From Mobula hypostoma (Eukaryota): 64,000 nt of DNA. The stretch spans positions 52,392,001 to 52,456,000 of the forward strand of contig NC_086108.1 in NCBI RefSeq assembly GCF_963921235.1. Reading direction: 5' to 3'. Positions 1 through 12,600 of the stretch are shown here, one piece after another. The notes under the pieces are model-generated. The model saw only the letters and a list, made by a program, of their open reading frames with translations, had not been told where the DNA came from and ran no database searches. Numbering within the stretch: position 1 is the first letter of the stretch; every line of letters begins with the position of its first letter. The position numbers and the translations under genes were made by a program.

Positions 1-419
1 TGACTGATTGAAGGTGGGGGAAGATCAAATTTGAAAATGAGAAATACAAATGGAAACAAAACAAAACCTGCAGGTAATTGTTTTCATAACTTTCTGATCA
101 GTCAGCTTCTGTGGAAGGAGAAAGAGTGTTGAAAGTTTAAGGTTGGAGACCTGGGAATTAATTGTTACTTCATTGGTAGCAAATGTACTGTGAATTAGTG
201 AACATATAGAGACTTGGTATGATACAACCACAGAACTTTGAGTTTGAGTTTACAGGTGGTAGATCCAAGGAGGCCAGGCAGGAGTGCATTGGATTAGTTA
301 ACTCCTGAGATAACATAATGCAACTTTGCCATTTAATGAGAGCAATTCATCCTTCCTCCTAAGTAGGGAAAGGAAAGTCTGATTCACAATATAACCATCA
401 AGTATTCCTTGTTGAAAGT

Positions 420-1953
420 ACTAAAAACCTATGCTGATCAACCGGCTGAACTGTTCACTGAGATATTTAACCTCTTGCTTTGGCAATCTGAGGTACCCAA
501 TTGATTCAAGCAGGCTTCAATTATAGTGGTGCTTAAGAAGGAAGTAATAACTTGCCTCAATGACTGTCGTCCAGGGGCACTTACATCCACAGTGATGCAG
601 TGTTTTGAGAGGTTGGTGATGAAGCATATCAACTCCTGCCTGAGAAGCGATTTGGATCAGTTCCAGTATGCCGACCAGAGCAATAGGTCCACAGCAGATG
701 CCATCTCATTGGCTCTTCACTCAACCCTAGAACGTCTGAACAGCAAAGGTGCATACATCAGGATACTCTTTATTGACAACAGCTTAACATTTAGTACTAT
801 CATCACCTCAAAACTAAACAATAAACTCCAAGACCTTGGCCTCAATACCTCCTTATGCTATTGGATCTGAAGACCCCAGTCAATTCAGATTGGCAACATC
901 TCCATGATCTCCGTCAGCACAGGTGCGCCGCAAGGCTATGTGCTTAGCCCTCTGCTCTACTTGCTTTCCACTTGTGACTGTATGGCTAAGCACAGCTCAG
1001 ATACCATATTCAGGTTTGCTGAACTTGACTTCACTGTCATAGGCCGCATCAAAAGTGGTGATGAGTCAACATATGGAAGGGAGATTGAAAATCTGGCTGA
1101 GTGGTTCCATAACAATAATCTTTGACTCAATATCAGCAAGACCAAGGAGGAAACCAGAGGTCCGTGAGCCAGTCTTTATTGGAGGATCAGAGGTGGAGAC
1201 GGTCAGCAACTTTAAATTCCTCAGTGTTATTATTTCAGTAGACCTGTCCTGGGCCCAGCATGTGTGCAATTACGAAGAAAGCACGGCAGTACTTCTGCTT
1301 TCTTCAGAATTTACGAAGTTTCGGCATGACGTTTAAAACTTTGACTAACTTATATAGGTGTGTAGTGGAGAATATATTGACTGGCCCTCCATCACAACCA
1401 ATGGCCTCAAACAGAAAATCCATCCTGGCCCACTCCATCATGGATAAAGCCTACCATTGAGCACATTTGCCTGGAGCATTGTTGCAGAAAAGCAGCATCC
1501 AGCGTCGGGAACCTCCACCATCCAGGACATGCTTTCTTCTTGCTGTTGCCATCAGAAAGAAGGTACAAGAGCCTCAGGACTCACACCACCAGGTTCAGGA
1601 ACAGTTACTACCTCTCAACCATCAGGCTTTTAAACTAGAGGGGAAAACTTCACTCAGCTCCACTTTCCCCATCACTGAAATGTTCTCACAACCTATGGAT
1701 TCACATACAAGGACTCTTCATCTCATGTTCTCATTATTTATTTATTTGTTTGTTTGTTTGTTCTTTTTGTATTTGCACAGTTTTTTGTCTTTTACACACT
1801 GGTTGAACGTCCAAGTTAGTGTGGTCTTTATTTGATTCTATTATGGTTATTGTTGAATTATGGATTTATTGAGTATGCCTGCAAGAAAATGAATCTCAGG
1901 GTTGAATATGGTAATGTGTATATACTTTGATAATAAATTTACTTTGAACTTTG
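420..1953 (+). mobile_element. Rex1/Babar-type LINE, 5'-truncated, decayed
   Basis: Frameshifted RT pieces CLNDCRPGALTSTVMQCFERLV and GAPQGYVLSPLLY; 3' tail GATAATAAATTTACTTTGAACTTTGA. Confidence 0.85.
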
Positions 1954-3076
1954 AATTGTACACCACTTCTGTACCAAAAGGGTGGAGTCCTGTTTACCAG
2001 CACTATTCCTGCAGTAGAAATCTATGTTTGTGAAATTATTTTGTTCCTTTCCTGAAGTAAATGTTATATCGTTTATCAAAAGATTTTGTTTGATCTGAAA
2101 GGTTAGCTCAGTTAGGTAAAGAATCGTGGCTGTGAAGATTTGCCTTCTGTATCTTACTGCCAATTTCACAAAAATATAATTCTTTGTATTGAAGCTTTAT
2201 AATCTACTTTTACTTTATAATCTAGCTTTACATTTCCCAGTACAATGAAAAAAACTGTAAAGTTATTGAGAAAACTTAACCTAGTAATTTATCAAGCCAT
2301 TGCTTATTTCCTTGCATTGCATTGAACTTGGCAATTAATAGGAAATAGGTTTTGAAAATAGTATTGATGCTACCCTACATGGTGTTGCCTTTAGATTTTG
2401 ACTTCTCTGATAGGAAGCTCCATGTTGCATCTTTATGTACCTTTAAAAGTTTGGAAAGCAATTAATTACTTTGTGTTTCAGCTATGGATATTTTGATAAA
2501 TTGAGCAGCTAATCCGTATATTTCTTTAAGCATTCATGGTGTGTGTATTTAAATTTGAATAATTTGCTAACATACTTTGGGTGAATTTCTTACATTTGAA
2601 ATATGGAGAATGCTGAATATATTTCATTTTTAAACTATCCCATTTGAATAGCTAGCGGATACCTATTTTTAAATATAAAGTATTGCAAATAAAAAATAGT
2701 GATTGTTTAAGCTGTGTTTATCAATTGGGAATTTTTTTGATGTTTTGGATCAATTCTATTGAAGGATATTGCACTTCTTCACAGCTTACTCTCCCACCTA
2801 TCTTTTGAGCCTCAGCACAGTATCCATACTTTTGTTCAGTATCTCAGAAGATGTAATCCGGGCCCAAGACACTGATGCAGTCACAAAGCAGGCATGCCAA
2901 GGGCTCTGTTAGATGTACAGTGCAGAGCATTCTGGCTGGTTGCATCACAGCCTGGTATGGAGGCTACAATGCAAAAGATCGCAAGGAGCTACAGAGGGTT
3001 ATAGAGTTGGTTATGGATACTATCCTTTACTGCTGAGAATATCTTCAAGAAGTGGTGCCTCAGGGAAGTGCCATTC

Positions 3077-4965
3077 AGAAGAATCATGTTTATTATCACT
3101 GGCACATGACATGAACTTTGTTAACAGCAGCAGCAGTTCAATGCAATACATAATATAGCAGAGAAAAAAATAACAAATATAATTAAAAAATAAATAAACA
3201 AGTAAATCAATTACGTATATTGAATAGATTTTAAAAAAGGGCACAAACAGAATACTGTATTTTTTTAAAAAGTAGGGTAGCATCCAAAGATTCAATGTCC
3301 ATTTAGGAATTGGATGGCAGAGGGGAAAAAAACTGTACCTGAATCGCTGAGTGTGTGCCTTCAGGCTTCTGTACCACCTACCTGATGGTAACAGTGAGAA
3401 AAGGGCATGTCCTGGGTGCTGGAGGTCCTTAATAATGGACACTGCCATTCTGAGACACTGCTCCCTAAAGATGTCCTGGGTACTTTGTAGGCTAGTACCC
3501 AAGATGGAGCTGACTAGATTTGCAACCTTCTGCAGCTTCTTTCGGTCCTGTACCCCTCCATACCAGACAGTGATGCAGCTTGTCAGGATGCTCTCCATGG
3601 TACAACTGTAGAAGTTTTTGAGTGTATTTGTTGACATGCCAAATCTCTTCAAACTCCTAATAAAGTATAGCCGCTGTCTTGCCTTCTTTATAACTACATC
3701 GATATGTTGGGACCAGGTCAGATCCTCAGAGATCTTGACACCCAGGAACTTGAAGCTGCTCACTCTCTCCACTTCTGATCCTTCTGTGAGGATTGGTATG
3801 TATTCCTTCGTCTTACCCTTCCTGAAGGCCACAGTCAGCTCTTTCATCTTACTGATGTTGAGTGCCAGGTTGTTGCTGCGGCACCAGTTGGCATAGCTCA
3901 CTCCTGTACACCCTCTCTTCACAAGCTGAGATTCTACCAACAATGGTTGTATCATCAGCAAATTTATAGATGGTATTTGAGCTATGCCTAGCCACACAGT
4001 CATGGGTATAGAGAGAGTAGAGCAGTGGGCTAAGCACACACCCCTGAGGTGTGCCAGTGTTGATCGTCAGCGAGGAGGAGATGTTATCACCAATCCACAC
4101 TAATGTGGATTCCAGTTAGGAAGTCGAAGATCCAATTGCAGAGGGAGGTACAGAGGCCCAGGTTCTGCAATTTCTCAATCAGGATTGTGGGAATGATGGT
4201 ATTAAATGCTGAGCTATAATTGATGAACAGCATCCTGACATTCGTTTATGTTGTCGAGGTGGTCTAAAGCCATGTGGAGAGCCATTGAGATTGTGTCTGC
4301 CTTTGACCTATTGTGGCGATAGGCAAATTGCAATGAGTCCAGGTCCTTGCTGAGGCAGGAGTTCAGTCTAGTCATGACCAACCTCTCAAAGCATTTCATC
4401 ACTGTCGATGTGAGTGCGACCAGGCGACAGTCATTAAGGCAGCCCACATTATTCTTCTTAGGCACTGGTATAACTGTTACATTTTTGAAGCAAGTGGGAA
4501 CTTCCGCCTGTAGCAGTAAGAGGTTGAAAATGTCCTTGAATACTCCCATTAGTTGGTTGGCACAGGTTTTCAGATCCTTACTAGATACTCTATCAGGACC
4601 TTCTGCCTTGCGAGGGTTCACTCTCGTTAAGTACAGTCTAACATCTGAGACGTAGATCACAGGATCATCAGGTGCAGCAGGAATCTTCACAGCTGTAGTG
4701 TTCTTCCTTTCAAAGCGTGCATAGAAGGCGTTGAGTTCATCTGGTAATGAAGCATCGTTGCCATTCATGCTATTGGGTTTCGCTTTGTAGGAATTATTGT
4801 CTTGCAGACCCTGCCAGAGTTGCCGTGCATCCGATGTCGCCTGCAACCTCGTTCGAAATTGTCTCTTCGCCGTTGAAATAGCCCTCCGCAAATCATACCT
4901 GCTACCAAAATGACCCCAGAGAACTCCCGTAGTAGGTAAGAAGGACGGCACTTTACTGCTAGATA
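3077..4965 (-). mobile_element. Rex1/Babar-type LINE, 5'-truncated
   Basis: ORFs 4214..4951, 3849..4100 (GTPQGCVLSPLLYSLYTHDC, FADD) and 3020..4039 form a frameshifted RT. Confidence 0.9.
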
Positions 4966-5100
4966 TTCCACGTCTGCCAGATATTCATCAGTCTGTTTTA
5001 CTGCTAGGTGTTCATCAGTCAGGACTCTTCTGGGACATACCCTCTTATCATTACTACCATTGGGGAGGAGGTACAGGAGCCTGAAGACCCACTCTTAAAT

Positions 5101-5740
5101 GGTGGGAGGAGAAGATGGCGGCGTGACGCAGCGCGCGCAGCTCTCCGGTGAAATGATATTATATTTGTAAGTAGGATGCCGTGTACAATTCTGATTTGAT
5201 GGAGACAGACGTGAGAAGCGCCAAGGAACGTCTGGAGAAAACTTCTGAAATGCCCGGTTCACTGCCACTGTTACTGTGCGATCGAGAATCTCCAGAGGGA
5301 AGGCCCCAAAATCCCTGGCTTTGCCTGCTGCTGGTGAAGGAGGCTGGGGTCGAAGCGTTCGGCAGAGATGGTGCTCGGTACTCAGTGTCAGAGGGCTGAT
5401 CGGAGGCTCGAAGTTTTCGGACGACTCAGAATTGGACTGTGGTCGGGCATGGCAGGGAGAGTTTTTCTTCGTTCTCCCGTCTGCATGAGATGTGGGACTT
5501 TTGAGAGACTTTGAACTTTTTTACTGTGACCATGGCCTGTTCTTCATCAAGTTATGGTATTGTTGCACTGTTATAATTATATGTTATAATTATGTGGTTT
5601 TGTTAGTTGTTCAGTCTTGGTCTGTCCTGTGTTTCTGTGATAGCACACCGGAGGAATATTGTATCATTTCTTAATGCATGCATTACTAAATGACAATAAA
5701 AGAGGACTGTGTGTCCTCATAATCTAATAATCTAATCTAA
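5101..5740 (+). mobile_element. Non-autonomous retroposon (SINE-like)
   Basis: CpG-rich head with AAGATGGCGGC, AATAAA at 5695, (AATCT)n tail; interrupts the older Rex1 fragment. Confidence 0.6.
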
Positions 5741-6479
5741 TGATTCAGGAACAGTTTAGTCCGCTCCATGAATACACACAGCCTCAGTTTTTTTTTGCAC
5801 TATTTATTTATTTTTGTTATGTAATTTTATGTCTTCACAATGTACTTCTGCCACAAAACAACAGTAATAATAAATATGATTATGTTTACATCCCAGTCAT
5901 TCATATTCATTGAATGAATCTTCATTCACTGATCGTTTGGCTCACTACTCTTTGCATCTTGTTTTCTGGACAACAGGCCAGAAGTAATTCTTGAAGATAA
6001 AATGCTTTTGAGGTATCATAGGCTAATAGAAAGCGATGTTCGAAAGATAGGTACACCATCTTGACATCTTGATTTGTTTTAAAGGTCTGGCTTGCAAAAG
6101 CGCCATTAGGAATGACGTTGCAATCAACATGCTGTGCTTGGGGTGCGTGCTATATTGGCCCATATGGGGCTTCCCTTGAGTTGAGCAATTTAAAGTAGTC
6201 AATCACTGATAAGAAAGCTTTGATTTGTAGTAGTAATTTTATAATGCTCAACACAGCTGGTTGGAGAGATGTTTTCCTGCAATTCTTCTAATACTAACAG
6301 GGAAGTATATTTCTTTTGTTTACTAGCTCCTGATTTATTTTTCATCATGGTTGTTTCAGTTTCAAAAGTGGAAACTGTCTATGCTATATTGATTAAAACA
6401 TCACAATAATACTCTTTCAAACTCATTGGTTTTCTTACTTTTTGCAAACATTCTTCTCTTTTCCAATTTGTGAATTCTC

Positions 6480-8165
6480 CTTGCGGCCACCAGCAAAGTT
6501 TTAGCCAAGTTACTTCACCTACGTGTGGAGCTGCAGGGCTTGGTCAAAGTCCTCAATGAACATATCTTCTGTTTTACCATGGAGAAAGATGTGAAAGGTT
6601 TGAATCTTCGGAAAATTTATTGGGATGTCTTGGGGATAGGTTACAATACATTTGAGGAGGAGCAGAATATCTGAAAAGATATTTAGATCTCCAGGGTATC
6701 ATCTAAGATCATTGTGAGAAGCTAGAGAATAAACTGCTTGAGACCTTGCTGAGGTATTTACATCACCATTATCCTTGGGTGAACTGTCAGAAGACTGGAG
6801 GATGGTGAATGTTGTGCCTTTATTTAAGAAGGGGAGCAAAGGAATAGCCCAAAAAGTATAGACCAATAAGTCTGACATCTGTGGTACATAAATTACTGGA
6901 GAAGATTCTGAGGAATTACATATATATGCATCTGGAAAGACAGGTATGTTAAAGGTAGCTTAGAGCATGCAAAATCATATCTTATTATTGAGTTTGTTTG
7001 GTGAGGTAACCAAGAGGGTTGATGAGGGCAAAGCAGTAGATGTGGTCTATATGGACTTCAGTTAAAGCCTTTGATAAGGTTCCACATGATGGGCTGCTCT
7101 GGAAGGTTAGATTGCATGGAATCCAGAGGGTGCTGGCTCAGTTGGATTGATGGTGGAAGGTTGTTTGTTGGACTGGAAGCCTGTGATTAGTGGTGGGCCT
7201 TGGGTTATTGCTATTTTTATTTGTTTTCTATGTCAGTGATTTGGATGAGAATGTATAAGGTGTGGTCAGAAGGTTGCAAATGACACTAAAATAGGATGTA
7301 TCAATGACAGTGAAGAAGGTCAGCAAAAATTACACTTGAAATGCTGGGTAAGTAAGCTGAGGAACGGCAAATGGAGTATAATTTGGATGCATATGAGTGT
7401 TGCATTTTGGAAAGTCAAATCAAGGCAGGATTTTCTCAGTATACAGGAGGGTGTTGCATAACAAAGACCTTTGGTTCCATTACACATTTCCCTAAAAATT
7501 GCATTACTTTTAGACCAGATCGTTAAAAGGGCTTTTGGCAAGTTGGCCTTCATCAGTCAGGACACTGACTATAGAAGTTGAGAGGTTACGCTGCAGTTGC
7601 ACAAGATGTTGATGAAGCAGCACATGAAGTATTGTGTTAGTTTTGGTCATCCTGCTGTTAGGAAATGTATTATTAGACTGGAGACCGTGCAGAAAAGGTT
7701 TATGAGGATGTTGCTAGAACTTGAGGGACTAACTTATAGGGAGAGTTTGAGCAGGCTAGGACATTTTGTCTTTGAAGAATAGGAAACTGAGAGGTAATCT
7801 TATAGAACTGTATGAGCAAAATCATCATGACTGGCATATATAGGGTGGACACACTAGTTCTTTTTTGCAGGGTTGGGGAATCAAGAACTAGAGGACATGA
7901 ATTTAAGGTGAGAGGGAAAAGCTTTAATGGGAACTTGAGGGGCAACTTTTTTTTAGGAGTATGATATGTCTACGGAATGAGCTACTGCAGTAAGTTATTG
8001 CAGTAGGTGCAATAACAATTTTTAAAGAATGATGTGCAGGTACATGGATTGAGAAGGTTTAGGAGTGTGCAGGCCAAACATTGGTAAATGGGATTGGCTT
8101 ACATGGGCACCTTGGTTGGCATGGATCCGTTGGGTTGAATTGCCTGTTACCGTACTCTGTGAATC
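6480..8165 (+). mobile_element. CR1-type LINE, heavily decayed
   Basis: Remnants of [39 protein letters not shown] and a CR1 3' UTR. Confidence 0.8.
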
Positions 8166-8624
8166 AGCTGACTATTGATCAATTTTGACTATTAAGATGT
8201 ATCTTAAATATAAAATGCTTCGGGATGAATCTTCCTGATCTTTGGACATATCAAGCCTTCGTCTGATATTTAATTGAAAAGGGCTCAGTAAATGTGAATT
8301 CCAGCTTTGTCATTGCATGGGTAGATGTGTTGGAAATCCAGCATTGTACTAACGTAATTCCCATTTTCATGGTTTTATTTGTATTGGAAGGTTCTCTTGC
8401 TGTATACATATGAATTCATCATAGCTGTTCCAACATGACTAATTTTCTCCAAAGTTCAGCTTTCTTAATGTTTGTATTTCCAATGCATTTAGCCATTTTA
8501 CTGACATGAGGGCCCTACAAGTTTCTACTGTTTTTACTTGATACAAACTGCAAATTGCAAGCCAGAATAAAATTTAAATAGTCAGTTACAGGTGATATTG
8601 AATGATTTTGTGGTTTTCTTGATT

Positions 8625-9145
8625 TTAGGAGTTGGGATATTATATTGTAAGTTGTATAAGTTGAGGCCTAATTTAGAGTACTATGTGTATTGCGAGTCAC
8701 CTGCCTACAGAAAATATCAATAAGATTGAAAGGGCACAGAGAAAATGTACAAGGATGTTGCCAGGACTTGAGTCATGGGGAAAGGTTGAATAGGTTTGGA
8801 CTTGCTTGCCGAAGCACAGAAGAATTGAGGGGGAAATTTGATAGAGGTATACAAAATTATGAGGATATAGTTCTGGGAAATGCAAGCAGGCTTTTTCCAC
8901 TGAGTTTAGGTGACCTGAGGGGTGACTTCTTCACTCAAACGGTAGTGTGAGATGAGCTACCTGAGGAAGTGCTAGATGCAGGTCTGATTTCAACATTTAA
9001 GGGAAATTTGGATAAGCGCATGGATGGGAGGGGCATGGAGAGCTATGGTCTAGGTGCAAGTTGATGGGACTAGACAGGGTAACAGTTTGGCATGGATTAG
9101 ATGGGCTGAAGGGTCTGTATCTATACTGTAGTGTTCTATGACGCT
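8625..9145 (+). mobile_element. CR1-type LINE 3' fragment
   Basis: RPNLEYYV-like remnant, FFTQ motif, CR1 3' end. Confidence 0.75.
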
Positions 9146-9431
9146 TTTTAATCTTTGCAAGGAGCTACTTGTCCCAGTTCTTTTATTAGGTCTGAAAGTA
9201 ATAGGTATGCAGAACAAATTACCTCCTTGTGATTAGAGAATAAATTCTAAGCTGACTTGATTTCACTTAACATATTTCCTGTTCCTGAACTAATAACTGT
9301 CTGTTTGTTCTGATTTTGCATATGGTCCTGGAAGTTGTCTGCTTTTTTTTTAAAAAAAGCATTTTTAATCTAGAAAACTGAAGTAACGGTTCTTGAGATA
9401 GTAATGATCCTTTCTTCATATATTGTTTTAG

Positions 9432-9617
9432 CATCTGAAAACCTTGCGTCACCCATGCTTGCTGAGGTTCTTATCGAGCACAGTTGAAGCTGATGGCATT
9501 CACTTGGTTACTGAGCGAGTGCAGCCCCTGCATATGGTGCTGGAAGATGTCTCTGCAGATGAGATCTGTGCTGGAATTTATGACATCCTTCAAGCACTTA
9601 TCTTCCTCCATGACAGG
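9432..9617 (+). CDS. SCYL3: SCYL3 coding exon (first in window)
   Basis: ttttag|CATCTG...GACAGG|gtaaga; 186 nt; [33 protein letters not shown]...LIFLHDR. Confidence 0.95.
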
Positions 9618-12600
9618 GTAAGAATGAGAATGGCTGGTTGTAAGTCGTTGTTGCTTTTGGTAAGGGTGATGCATTAATATTTGTATGAAAACTTCATTAA
9701 TTATAATGTAGAATGGTGTTGACTAATCATGTAGGTCAGAATGTAGAATCAATTTGTGTGAAGCCAAGTAAAAGCAACTGACAAAAACAACTAGAAGTAG
9801 TTTATAGGCTCCCTAATAGCAGTTGTAACATTGGAAAGCATGATCAAGCAACTTCTACAAAAATAGAACATAGAACAGTACAGCACAGGAATGTGCCTTT
9901 TGTCCCACAATGTTGTGCTGAACCAATTAAATTAGTAAACACATAGCCAACTAAACTAATCTCTTCTGTCTACACAATGTCCATATCCTTCCATTTCCCT
10001 CATATTTATCTAAATGTCTCTTAAAACATCACTTTACACCCATGACTGTGTGGCTAAGTACAACTCCAAACACGATATACAAGTTTGCTGATGACACCGC
10101 TGTTGTGGGCCGTATCAGAGGTGGTGATGAGTCAGCGTACAGGTGGGAGACTAAGTTTGGCTGAGTGGCTGAGAAGCACGGAAGAACTGAGGGGGAAATT
10201 TGATAGAGGTATACAAAATTATGAGGATTTAGTTCGGGTAAATGCAAGCAAGGTCTCACTCAATGTCAATAAGACCAAGGAACTGATTGTAGACTTAAGG
10301 AAGGGAAACCAGAGGTCAGTGAGCTAGTACTCATTGGAGTATTGGGGTGGAGAGAGTCAGTAATTTTAAATTCATGGGTGTCACTATCCCAGAGGACCTA
10401 TCCTGGACTCATCACGTAAATATAATTGTAAAGAAAGCACAACAGCACCTCTACTTCCTCAGGAGTCTGCGGAGATTCAGCATGTCATCAAAAACCTTGA
10501 ACGAAGTGGGTAACTACACTCATTCTATTTCTGGTGTTCCCACAACTGACGGTCTCACTTTAAGGACTTTTTATTTTGCTATTTCATGCTGTCATTATGT
10601 ATTGCTATTTATTTATATTTGCATTTGCACAGCTTGTTGTTCATTGATCCTGTTTACAGTTACTGTTCTAGCTAGGTTTAACCACAGGAAGGAGAATCTC
10701 AGGGTTGTAGGTACTCTGATAATGAATTTTACTTTGAACTTTAGAAGTCCCTAATGTATCTGCCTTTATCAATACCCTGGGCAGTGCATTCTAGACATGC
10801 ACCATTCTCTGTGTTAAAAATGCTTGCCCCCCACTACTTCTTTGAACTTGCCCCATCTCACCTTAAATGCATGCCCTCAGGTATTAGACATTGCAACCCT
10901 GGGAAAAAGATACTGTTCCTCTTCTCTATCTCTTGCTCTCATAACCTTATAAACCTCCAGCAGATCTCCCTTCAGCCTCTGTCACTCCGGTGAAGACAAC
11001 CCAAGATTGTCCAACCTCTTTATAGCACATGTCCTCTAATCCAGGCAGCATCGTGGTAAACCTCTTCTTTACCCACTCCAAAGTTATCAATGATCATGGT
11101 GGAGTTTGCTTGTAATCATAACAGTCAACTGGACATATTGTCTCCACTTGAATTCCAGTGGTTCACCACCTAAGTAACTCTGAAGGCCTTGGCTTGCGTT
11201 GTACACTCAGTGGCCACTTTATCAGGTACTCATGCTCATTCATGCAACTGTCTAATCAGCCGATCATGTGGCAGCAACTCAGTGCATAGGAGCATGCAGA
11301 CATGGTCAAGAGGTTCAGTTGTTGCTCAGACCAAACATCAGAATGGGGAAGAAAAGTGATCAAAGTGATTTTCAGATGGCCTTTGACAAGGTGCCACACA
11401 TAAGGCTGCTTAGCAAGCTATGAGCCCATGGTATTACAGTTAAGATTCTAGCATGAATACAACAGTGGCTAATTGACAGGAGAGAAAGAGTGGAAATAAC
11501 CTTTTCTGGTTGGCTGCCGGTGACTAGTGGTGTTCCACAGCGGTCTGCGTTTATGTTATATGTTAATGATTTGGATGATGGAATTGATGGCTTTGTAACA
11601 AAGTTTGCAGGTGATATGAAGATAGTTGCAGGAGCAGATAGTGTTCAGGAAATAGAGAGGCTACAGAAGGACCTAGTCAGATGAGGAGAATGGGCAAAGA
11701 AATGGTAGATGGAATACAGTGTTGGGAAGTGTACAGTCATGCACTTTGAAGAAATGAAAGGGTTGACTATTTTTTAACTGGCGAGAAAATGCAAAATTCT
11801 GAAGTACAAAGAGATTTGGGGAGTCCATGTCCATGATTCCCTAAAGGTTAGTTTTCAGGTTGAGTCTGTGATGAGGAAGGCAAATGCAATGTTAGCATTC
11901 ATTTCAAAAAGACTAGAATATTAAAGTGTTAGACTTTATAAGGCATTGGTGAAGCCTCACTTGAAGTATTATGAGCAGTTTTGGGCCCCTTATCTTAGAA
12001 AGGATGTGCTGAAACTGGAGAGGGTTCAAAGAAGGTTCACAAAAATGATTCCAGGATTAAATGGCTTGTCATATGAAGACCATTTGATGGCTCTGGGCCT
12101 GTATTCACTGGAATTCCGAAGAATGAGGGGTGACCTCATTGAAACCTACCAAATGGTGAAAGGCACTGATGTGGAGAGGATGTTTCTGATGTTGGGAGCG
12201 TCTAAGACCAGAGGACACAGCCACAGAATAGAAGGGCGTCTTTTCAGAACAGAGGTGAGGAGGAATTTGTTTATCCAGAGGGTAGTGAATCTGTTAAATT
12301 TGTTGCCACAGGCAGCTGTGGAGGCCAAGTCTTTATGTATATTTAAGGCAGAAATTGATAGATTCTTGATTGGTCATGGCATGAAGGGATATGGGGGGAA
12401 GGCAGGAGATTGGAGCTGAGAGGGAAAATTGGATCAGCCATGATGAAATGACCGAGCAGACTCAATGGAACAAATGGTCTAATTCTGCTCTTATATCTTA
12501 TTGTCTTACAGGAGGTAACTAATAAAGTGGCCACTGGGTGTATATGATGTAATTTTCATTCTTCCTAGTGACAGACATATTGACAGTAATTTGTTTATTA

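Larger units (their letters stand above)
2850..5890 (+). mobile_element. Old Rex1/Babar 3' fragment split by two younger insertions (pieces ~2850..3076, ~5010..5100, ~5741..5890)
   Basis: Collinear RT C-terminal coding remnants (SILAGCITAWYG; LLPLGRRYRSLKT; FRNS) resume after each insert. Confidence 0.65.

Noticed and set aside
1..9431. First coding exon of SCYL3
   Set aside because: No matching N-terminal exon found by eye; probably upstream of the window.
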